From Bacteroidota bacterium (GTDB lineage: Bacteria; Bacteroidota; Bacteroidia; Flavobacteriales_E; Vicingaceae): a stretch of 64,000 bases of DNA. Positions 42,330 through 50,185 of this stretch are shown here, piece after piece (position 1 is the stretch's first letter; each line of letters begins with the position of its first letter). The notes beneath the pieces are model-generated. The model did no database searches and was not told where the DNA came from. It was given only the letters and a program-made list of their open reading frames with translations. The translations under genes were made by a program, and so were the position numbers. The stretch spans positions 95,394-159,393 of the forward strand of contig JABFGJ010000008.1 of assembly GCA_013112545.1 (NCBI GenBank), written 5' to 3'.

Positions 42330-44228
42330 CTAGATAGTGTTTACAAAATCTAAAAAAACTTTTTTATGCGCTGCTAAATCTAAGTCTGGAGAAATGGCTA
42401 CTCGAGCAATATAATCTTTATCACCTTCTTTAGTTGTGCCTTGCGTAGAAGTAGCAGGAATTGTCCAATAACAGCCTTTCAACTGTCCATAGCTCACGCA
42501 GTATTTACTCTCATTCGGAATTTCAGTAATCATCATATTAATTAATTGATGATTTAAAGCTCTTTTATGTGCTTCTTTTTCCTCTGGGCTGTTGCCCTTA
42601 GTAGGTAAGTCTAAAGAAAATACAGAGGGGGTAAATCCTTGATCTGCTAATTCTTCAGAAACAAAATTGATTTTCGCCGTGGGCAAAGTTTTTTTGATAA
42701 AGTTCACAAACTCTCGAGTATTCAAATAAGCGTCCTTGATTCTTTGATTCATTGAAGGCAATTGTTTTGCTAAAACTTCATATTGCAGCTCAGTTGCTTC
42801 GTTATCGCAAAGCGTTAAGTGCTGTTCAATTTTTTCCATCAAGGCTTCTGTTTTTGTATTCCCAACACAATAGCCCGCTGTACACAATCCCCCACTAGGA
42901 AATTTAGAGCCACTGACGTAAGAAATGGTTCTTACAGTTGAGAGCATTCCTTTTTGTTTGCCTTCAGAAACATCTTCGCCTAAAAAATTCAAGTTGGGAC
43001 AAAATGTTTGATCCAATATAAATACAGGGTCTATGGATAGTTTTCCTTGACTGGTTTTTCGCTCCAATCTCAATACATTTTTTAATTGAACCATGTCTGG
43101 CACTTCAACTCTAGGGTTAGTAGGTATTTCTGCAATGATATAAGGAATAGCGTCTTCTTTTGCTATTTGATTCAAAATACGATCAATGCTTTGCACCATA
43201 TCATTTTCGCCATCTACAGGCAAATCAACTACTTCCACATTATCTAAACAAGCTGCAACGCGCCTTGCTTGGTCATTGGTGCCGCCATAGCAATTTGGAG
43301 GAACTATAAATTTGATGGATTTGCCTTTGTGGTTTTCAACAGCATCGTGTACAAGCCCCATCATAATTGCATACTGCATAGAAAGTCCACTAGAAGCAAG
43401 CAATGGCTTAGCAATGGTGCCAGTAATGGATTTAATGGTTTTTAAAACACTAGTTTTATTTGCCGCTGTGTTTTTATTATCCTTGTTTTGTGAGGGTAAA
43501 TTAAGCAAGATGTTTAGTGCAGCTAGAGCATTAGCTGGTGTCATTGCAATGGTTTCCCTCCTTCTTACATGCTGAATTTCTGATACATAACTTTCATTTT
43601 CTTTGCCATTTACTAACAATACGCTTCCAAGGCTTATCGAGTTCTGCTCTTTATTCTGGTGTAAGTTAATGTAAAAGTCGATGTTAGCGTGGAGTTCCAT
43701 TTTAGAAAAGTCTTCAGCTTGCGAAACGAAAACCGTACTGCCCTCAAATGCAGGAATTTCTTTTATAGAGCTAAGTTTTTTTATTTCAAACTGATATCCG
43801 TAAATGCTTTTCACCAGTTCGGCATCAAAAATTTCAGGTAAATCTCCAGTATGAATAATTTGAGTGTTTTTACTTAGCAACAAGTTTTTTCTCAGAATTG
43901 CTAAAACGGGGATCGTATTTGACGAAAAGCTAATGACATTATTAGGTTCTAGCTTATTCAATTTAGCAATCCCCCACTCCAATACACATGACAAGGGATG
44001 CCCTAAACGAATGTAATCGTATGCAGTTGGCAATTCACTAAGCGCAGTTTTTAGGTCAACTGGCGTAGAATTATTGTTGTTAAACAAGTTTTCAAATTGT
44101 TCTAAAAATTGTGTTTTCGCCAAACGCTCATCGTAAATATCTAGTCGGTGTGTGGTGATAGTCAACCAATCAGATGGCATATTTTCTAGTACAGCTTTAA
44201 GGAATTTTAGCATTTTTTTATCGTCCAT
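42330..44228 (-). CDS. Hypothetical protein with a C-terminal region resembling PLP-dependent (Cys/Met-metabolism-type) transferases
   Basis: 632 aa. The segment YVSGSKFPSGG resembles the SxTK(Y/F)xxGH PLP-lysine motif. The N-terminal ~250 aa are unassigned. Confidence 0.35.
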   Translation of the reverse strand: MDDKKMLKFLKAVLENMPSDWLTITTHRLDIYDERLAKTQFLEQFENLFNNNNSTPVDLKTALSELPTAYDYIRLGHPLSCVLEWGIAKLNKLEPNNVISFSSNTIPVLAILRKNLLLSKNTQIIHTGDLPEIFDAELVKSIYGYQFEIKKLSSIKEIPAFEGSTVFVSQAEDFSKMELHANIDFYINLHQNKEQNSISLGSVLLVNGKENESYVSEIQHVRRRETIAMTPANALAALNILLNLPSQNKDNKNTAANKTSVLKTIKSITGTIAKPLLASSGLSMQYAIMMGLVHDAVENHKGKSIKFIVPPNCYGGTNDQARRVAACLDNVEVVDLPVDGENDMVQSIDRILNQIAKEDAIPYIIAEIPTNPRVEVPDMVQLKNVLRLERKTSQGKLSIDPVFILDQTFCPNLNFLGEDVSEGKQKGMLSTVRTISYVSGSKFPSGGLCTAGYCVGNTKTEALMEKIEQHLTLCDNEATELQYEVLAKQLPSMNQRIKDAYLNTREFVNFIKKTLPTAKINFVSEELADQGFTPSVFSLDLPTKGNSPEEKEAHKRALNHQLINMMITEIPNESKYCVSYGQLKGCYWTIPATSTQGTTKEGDKDYIARVAISPDLDLAAHKKVFLDFVNTI

Positions 44229-44585
44229 TTTAATAAATAAATAATCTGGAAATTTAATGAATCGGACTTGTTTAAATGACTTAGAAAGTGGTTTTATCCT
44301 AAAATTTTCAGTAGTGCTTTAACCATACACACTGGTTTGTTTATCAATTTAGTTTTTTTAATGTCATCAAAAAATAATGCAGTTCTCTTTCAACTGTTGC
44401 TTTGAATTTACTACAGAAAGGCTTTGAAAACGACAATTTTTCAAGGTAAAAGACAAATTTTCAGTTTGTTTAACAAGTCTTAACATAGATCCTGAAAAAA
44501 TGTCCTAAAATTTCAGCTGGTATTTGATTTGTCGGACTTTAGGCAAACAACGTTGTTACAATTAATAAATGTTTAACTAAAAAAT

Positions 44586-45038
44586 ATGGAGGAACAAAAA
44601 ATGACAACTCTGATAAGAAAAAACGAAGATGTGTTCCCAAGATGGAATAGCTTCTTTGACAACGATTGGCTTAATTTATCTGGTTTAGCTCAAACAAATG
44701 ACAATATACCAGCTGTAAACATTAAGGATACTGCAGACTGCTATAAAATTGAAATGGCTGCCCCGGGTATGAAAAAAGAGGATTTTTCGGTGAATTTGGA
44801 CAATGGAGTGTTGACCATTTCATCTGAGAAAAAATCTGAGAACAGTGAAAAGGATAATGATGGAAACTACACTCGCAGGGAGTTTAGTTATCGATCTTTC
44901 CGAAGAGCATTTCACTTACCTGATAGCGCCGAATCTGAAAACATTACTGCTTCATACAAGGACGGAGTGCTTCAGATTGCAATTCCTAAAAAGGAAGAAG
45001 CTAAACCAAAACCAATCAAAATGATTGAAATTAAATGA
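44586..45038 (+). CDS. Hsp20/alpha-crystallin family small heat-shock protein
   Basis: 150 aa. ACD core (PAVNIKDTADCYKIEMAAPGMKKEDFSV...GVLTISSEK...GVLQIAIPK). Confidence 0.9.
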   Translation: MEEQKMTTLIRKNEDVFPRWNSFFDNDWLNLSGLAQTNDNIPAVNIKDTADCYKIEMAAPGMKKEDFSVNLDNGVLTISSEKKSENSEKDNDGNYTRREFSYRSFRRAFHLPDSAESENITASYKDGVLQIAIPKKEEAKPKPIKMIEIK

Positions 45039-45051
45039 TAAGAAATATAAT

Positions 45052-45077
45052 AAAGGCGGGAATTACCCGCCTTTATT
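45052..45077 (+). terminator. Rho-independent terminator
   Basis: aaaggcgggaattacccgcctttatt. Confidence 0.65.
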
Positions 45078-45107
45078 ATGTATAAATGTTTAATTAAAAA
45101 AATAAGT

Positions 45108-45602
45108 ATGAAAACAACAGTTTTAGCATTAATAGCAACAATGTTTTTTACAGCTTGCAATGCACAAGAATCAAGTGAAAAACAAAGTAAAAATTCGAGT
45201 TTAAAAAACACCCCTAAAGAAAGTTGGACGGTAAACAAAGAGCTAGATGAGAATGGAAATATCATTCGATATGACTCAACATACACATGGACATATACCA
45301 ACATGGATGGAGATTCTGTGAGTGTTAAAATGGACAGTGTGCTAAAATCATTTAATAGCTATTTTAACCAACAATTTCCTACTGCATTTGGACCTAGTTT
45401 TATGAATCCAATTTGGAATGACACTTTACTCCAACATGATTTTTTTCGCGATGATTTTTTCAAAAATCGTTGGGAGCAAGATTTTTATAACATGGATGAA
45501 GTTTTTCATCAGATGGATTCGTTAAGAAACCTATTTTTTAAAGATCGATACCCTGGGTTAATGGAATCGACAAAGAAGCAAGCTAAAAAGCAAAGTAAGT
45601 AA
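45108..45602 (+). CDS. Hypothetical lipoprotein
   Basis: Start at ATG 45108. MKTTVLALIATMFFTAC is a lipobox-like signal. Confidence 0.5.
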   Translation: MKTTVLALIATMFFTACNAQESSEKQSKNSSLKNTPKESWTVNKELDENGNIIRYDSTYTWTYTNMDGDSVSVKMDSVLKSFNSYFNQQFPTAFGPSFMNPIWNDTLLQHDFFRDDFFKNRWEQDFYNMDEVFHQMDSLRNLFFKDRYPGLMESTKKQAKKQSK

Positions 45603-45818
45603 AGATTAGAACTGAATTAATGCGGCCTTTAAAATGGCTTAAATAAGGTCATTTTTATCAAGATTTAGACTTGTGCAACGGTTACTAATGTTGTGGTGCG
45701 TTATTATTCTTACATTTAGGAATTTACAATATAATACTCGAGCCAAATACTTAGTCAATTAGTTAATTAAATACTTTGCAGCTGCAAATTTGCAAAATTG
45801 TATAAAAAATTATTGCTT

Positions 45819-46289
45819 TTAGAGCTTTATTAGGTTGTCAAAACCTTCAAACTTTAAATGATTAACTTTTAAATTATCTTTTAGACTAGAAATATCAAAT
45901 AAAAGTCTATCGTGGCAAAGAGCTTTACAAAATTGGTTTTCGTTCTTAAAAATTAGCTTTATCTGATAATATAAATTTCCTTGATTGTCTCTGAATAATT
46001 GCCCATCTGAAACAAGTTTAGATTTATTATCACCGCATCCACAAGCATAACTAATCCTAAAAAATAGACAATTATCTTCAACTGTAATTATATCGTTAAT
46101 GTTCTCTATTTGATATCTTACGATATTGTGGACTATATTATTTGTAACTATATCAAATTCATAGGAATCTGATTCTGTATTAAATAAGCTATCATTAATA
46201 ACAATTGCCTTACAGAGATTTTTATCTATATCTTGTGAATAAACTGTTAGGTTAATAAGAACAAATAATAATAATAAATGCTTCATCAA
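45819..46289 (-). CDS. Hypothetical secreted protein
   Basis: 156 aa. Signal peptide MMKHLLLLFVLINLTVYSQ. Confidence 0.45.
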   Translation of the reverse strand: MMKHLLLLFVLINLTVYSQDIDKNLCKAIVINDSLFNTESDSYEFDIVTNNIVHNIVRYQIENINDIITVEDNCLFFRISYACGCGDNKSKLVSDGQLFRDNQGNLYYQIKLIFKNENQFCKALCHDRLLFDISSLKDNLKVNHLKFEGFDNLIKL

Positions 46290-46675
46290 TTTTGAGCTAA
46301 AAATAGCTATTTATCTATTTTCACGTTGTTTATACCCAATGTAGCACAACGTTTTGCGTGTATGTGCAGTAGCGGATTAGAAGCACTTTCCTCGCCGTTT
46401 AGCACAAAGTTACTTAGAAGCACAGACCTTCGAATTACCATTTCACCCGCTATTGCCACATACACGCTGTTACCACCAGTGCTTCCTTGTCTGCCATGGT
46501 TTGTCGGTCTATTTGTTGCTGTTATATTCATTGTCTTTTGTCGTGCGGTGGGGCTTTCTTTTCTCTTGCGTTGGCTTTGCAAGCTCTTTGACAAAGCTTT
46601 GGTCTGTGCTTGGGCTTGTGCGGCTTTGGCAATGTGCTTGCAAATAGCGTGAGCTTGTATTTGTTGTTCCTAAAT

Positions 46676-47365
46676 TCATTTGCCTTTCTTCTGTTTTTTC
46701 TCTTTTACTTCTTTGTCGTAACCGATTTGCCAAAAATACATATCCAGTATTTTCATTAGCGGATAATGTCTTTGGGTTTCAGTTTTTATAAGTTTTTGTG
46801 CTTCGTCAATTTCATTTTTGTTATCGTCAATGAAATTGAAAAGTTCGTTTAATGATGCCTCATTAAAACCTGTATGTTTCATTTTCATTTCTTTTAAGCC
46901 GTCTATGAAATACCTGTCGTAAGCAGGAACACAGCCCAATGTGCCAAGTATAATTTTGCTCAATAAAGTGTCTGTTGGTGAAATGGGCTTTGGCTTGTCT
47001 GCTCCTTTGGTGAAATAAATACTCCTGTAATATTTTGCCAATTCATCTTTCACTGCAATAATGTCTTTAATTTTTTCTCGTTTTATTTCGGTGGTTTGGT
47101 TGCATTTGAGTTTTTGACTGGTATTTGAAAATATGATGTCAACTGCTCCTTTGTGAATTAAATGATTCTTTTGAAGCAACCCGCCTGAACCTCTATACAT
47201 TCCCCAACTTGCCAAATAGAAAGCTAACTCCAAAATCTGAATTTCTGATTTTGTTGAAGAACTAAAGGAATGAAAGCAATTGTCCCAAGATTTATATCTG
47301 TGGAATTCATCTGCCGTAATGCCTGATAGGTACTTCTTAATTATTTCAACAATACTTGCTTTCAT
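46676..47365 (-). CDS. Hypothetical protein, last gene of the pAgo operon (3-nt gap after pAgo)
   Basis: 229 aa with no recognisable motif. Co-directional and tightly packed with the pAgo gene. Confidence 0.5.
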   Translation of the reverse strand: MKASIVEIIKKYLSGITADEFHRYKSWDNCFHSFSSSTKSEIQILELAFYLASWGMYRGSGGLLQKNHLIHKGAVDIIFSNTSQKLKCNQTTEIKREKIKDIIAVKDELAKYYRSIYFTKGADKPKPISPTDTLLSKIILGTLGCVPAYDRYFIDGLKEMKMKHTGFNEASLNELFNFIDDNKNEIDEAQKLIKTETQRHYPLMKILDMYFWQIGYDKEVKEKKQKKGK

Positions 47366-47368
47366 ATT

Positions 47369-48793
47369 CTACATATAAAAAGCATAGGATTCTTTTGGTT
47401 GTTCATTTTCTCCAAGGTATTTCATTATTTCCCCAACCCGTCTGGCACAGCCAATTGTGATTGGATATTTGTTGTCGAATTGGGTGTTGTTCCAGTTCAT
47501 TTTTGTTAGACCAAGGACTTCCTTGCAAACTGTCTTTACAGAAGAAACTGATTCTACGATTCGCACTTCTAAAGGAGCAGGAATATACATTCCGGGATAT
47601 GTCTGATATTGATGAACCGAGCCTCTTGTATAAAGGATGTGTCTGTTCTCTGTCAATGAAAAAACCGAGCCTCTTACTGGTGGATAAAGATTGTTTCTAA
47701 AAAAACGCAAGTCGGTTTCCATAACAGTTACAATGTCATATTCAGAAATGCCTAAATCTTGCATTGCTTGTATAAAGCCGTCTAACTCGTCTTCATAATA
47801 TTTTGAAGTTTTGTGTAGAACTACTCGACCTGGTAATGTCCCCGTAGCAAATTTGTATTTAGTTAAAGCATCTTTCAGAAGACTTAATGATTGGTCATAA
47901 GTCAAGTGGGGCTTTCTATCGTCCTTGTCTTCCGTTACAGGTGTTCCCCGAAGTATTACGCCTTTACCATTCTCATTGAAAATTTGAGCCAAACTGGTCT
48001 GAATTGTCTTTTTATCTCTGCTTCTATAAAACCCAATTCCGACAAAACAAACTTTTGGTTTGTTTTCATCAACATCCAATTTCCAAGGAATAGTTTGAAG
48101 TCCTTTGTAATAAAGTGCTGTGCAAAAGTTCCAAGCCTTTGTAGCTGCATCTTGTGATTTGTTATTGTCGTGCAAAACATACTCTCTCAATAACTGGATA
48201 GGTGTATTGTATCTCATTGCACGAGCTTTTAAAGCACGTCTAAAGTTCAATTCCAATTCAGGCTCTCCGTTATCTTCCGCATCTTGTTCTACGGGTTCAT
48301 CATCTTTATTTTCCTTTACAATTTTACCTTCAAAACTTTTTGGAATGATGCAAATGATAACATCACAATTTTTTATGTCTGATAGAAAGCCAATGTTCTC
48401 GCCAAATAATTCGACTGCATCCAATACTTTCTGATCCCTGTCAGGTTCTTTTAGAATTTTCTTAATGTCGTTTGGCGAAAGAATTCTTTCATAATTTGTA
48501 TCGTAAATTAATTTGGCACAAAATCCTTTATCTTGGTTAAAACCCGAAAATGGTTTGAACAAACCTTTTTGTTTTCCTTTGGGGTTAGCAGGTATATAAC
48601 TTTCAAATCGCTTTAACCAACCTTTTAAATTCTCAACATCTTCTTCTATTCCGATGATGCCGAGTAATAATTGATTTTTTCTTGCTTCTATGACTGTGTC
48701 ATAAACATTTAACTCTGCTATACCTTCTCTTGGACAAATACTTTTGCCTTTGCCAAATAATAAAAAAGGTTCTTGTATATAGTCCGCTTTCAT
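47369..48793 (-). CDS. Short prokaryotic Argonaute (MID-PIWI, predicted catalytically inactive)
   Basis: PIWI-like blocks: KVCFVGIGFY (position of the GIDV motif, Asp replaced), RVVLHKTSKYYEDELDGF (position of RDGVSE), DIVTVMETDLRFF, RGSVFS, and YPGMYIPAPLEV (position of the GTxxPxxY motif). MID-like region FRRALKARAMRYNTPIQLL. Start placed at the ATG 48793-48791, which forms ATGA with the stop of the upstream gene. The ORF track's alternative start at 48868 would give 499 aa. Confidence 0.7.
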   Translation of the reverse strand: MKADYIQEPFLLFGKGKSICPREGIAELNVYDTVIEARKNQLLLGIIGIEEDVENLKGWLKRFESYIPANPKGKQKGLFKPFSGFNQDKGFCAKLIYDTNYERILSPNDIKKILKEPDRDQKVLDAVELFGENIGFLSDIKNCDVIICIIPKSFEGKIVKENKDDEPVEQDAEDNGEPELELNFRRALKARAMRYNTPIQLLREYVLHDNNKSQDAATKAWNFCTALYYKGLQTIPWKLDVDENKPKVCFVGIGFYRSRDKKTIQTSLAQIFNENGKGVILRGTPVTEDKDDRKPHLTYDQSLSLLKDALTKYKFATGTLPGRVVLHKTSKYYEDELDGFIQAMQDLGISEYDIVTVMETDLRFFRNNLYPPVRGSVFSLTENRHILYTRGSVHQYQTYPGMYIPAPLEVRIVESVSSVKTVCKEVLGLTKMNWNNTQFDNKYPITIGCARRVGEIMKYLGENEQPKESYAFYM

Positions 48794-50181
48794 ATGCCAA
48801 ATAAATCTACGTCTCCATCCACGTCTTTTAGTTTTTTCTGTGCTCCAATTGCTTCTAAACTGTTCCAAACTGTGTCAGGAACAATAGGGGCAAAGTCGAA
48901 CTTTTCAATTTTATCCAACTTTATGAATGGATAATCTTTATTCTCATCAAATAATGACAATGTTTGAGAAGGTTGAAGGTAGTGTAGGATGAAATTAAAA
49001 TGATTAAATACGTGCATATTTCGTTCGGTCTTTTTCAACCACTGAATATTTTTAAATGCCAAGTGGCAAACACGGAAATCGCTCCAAAGAAAGATCCATT
49101 CAGGTTTTATAGAAATATACCAGTCATTATCAAAATTCTCAAAACCAGTTCTAAAGGCAAGACATCTCATATTAAACACTTCTTCCTTATTTTTCAAGTT
49201 TCTTTTGATTTCAACAACCTTTCGAGTTGCTCGTTTAGATGTTTTTGTCCATTCAATTGACCTTGGTTGCCATCTATCTAAATCATCTTTTTGAATGGGC
49301 AGGAAAGCGAACATTTTGGCTTCTCTTATCCACTTAATTTTCAGCTTATGTAACTTGGCTTCAAGACATTTCTTTAAAAGATACTTAAACTGAGATAAAT
49401 GGTCTGCTGATGTATCATAAAACTCATCACAAGCAAAAGGCTCTGCTGTTCCTCTGTCAATTATTTTGGTTAAGCCTACCGAATCATCTTGCAGGTTGTG
49501 AAAGGTGATGATTTTCCCATCCCAAATTAACCAGTCGTGAGGGAAAGAAATGTCCTGCATATACAAAGCAGAAACTGCATAATCGTGTAAGGTTGGTTTC
49601 TTTATATATCGCTTTCTTTCTTTATTGTATTGCTTAACTACCTTCTTATCAATATCCAAATCGGCAATGTATAAGTGACTGGGAAATTGAATTTTTACAA
49701 GGTTGGAATAAACAGGCTCTGTTCTATTGAAATATTCATTTTGCTTTTTGTCAATTTCAGTTTTTAATGCTTTTTCTAGTTCTTTTTCCAATTCAAAAGC
49801 ATCATTTACCGTTTTTCGAAAATAGTTTGGCTCAACCCGTCCTTCAAATTCCTTTTGTAGTGGGTCTTTAGGATAAGTGGTATTGATTACCAATACTGGA
49901 ATATTTTGGCTTCTTGCCGTTTGATATTCAAGTTCAGTAATGGATTCTTTGCCTTCGGGTTGCCAACCATACCGACTGCCTATTATCAAAACATAAATAT
50001 CCGATTCCATTACTTTGCTCAGGCAAGCAGTTAGCGAATCGGTGCTTTGTGCTTCCATTGTCTTTTCAGACATCACAGGAAAACCACCAACCTTATTCAC
50101 GGCATTGTATGCAGCGGTTCTCTCATTTGGCAAATCCCAAATGGTGCTACTAATGAATATTTTAGGTTGGGTGATGAACAT
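48790..50181 (-). CDS. DUF4062-type (TIR-like) N-terminal domain fused to an APAZ-like region; partner of the short pAgo
   Basis: 463 aa. N-terminus KIFISSTIWDLPNERTAAYNAVNKVGGFPVMSEK...SDIYVLIIGSRYGWQPEGKESITELEYQTARSQNIPVLVI follows the DUF4062 pattern (FxSST.DL..ER ... RYG ... SxTElEy). The size and position upstream of the pAgo match TIR-APAZ genes of SPARTA systems. Confidence 0.6.
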   Translation of the reverse strand: MFITQPKIFISSTIWDLPNERTAAYNAVNKVGGFPVMSEKTMEAQSTDSLTACLSKVMESDIYVLIIGSRYGWQPEGKESITELEYQTARSQNIPVLVINTTYPKDPLQKEFEGRVEPNYFRKTVNDAFELEKELEKALKTEIDKKQNEYFNRTEPVYSNLVKIQFPSHLYIADLDIDKKVVKQYNKERKRYIKKPTLHDYAVSALYMQDISFPHDWLIWDGKIITFHNLQDDSVGLTKIIDRGTAEPFACDEFYDTSADHLSQFKYLLKKCLEAKLHKLKIKWIREAKMFAFLPIQKDDLDRWQPRSIEWTKTSKRATRKVVEIKRNLKNKEEVFNMRCLAFRTGFENFDNDWYISIKPEWIFLWSDFRVCHLAFKNIQWLKKTERNMHVFNHFNFILHYLQPSQTLSLFDENKDYPFIKLDKIEKFDFAPIVPDTVWNSLEAIGAQKKLKDVDGDVDLFGI

Positions 50182-50185
50182 CTTT

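Noticed and set aside
46307-46733. Four overlapping ORFs (95, 108, 64 and 74 aa) on both strands inside the GC-rich patch
   Set aside because: They mutually overlap and are low-complexity, with no motif; one starts at TTG. They are better explained as chance ORFs in GC-rich non-coding DNA.
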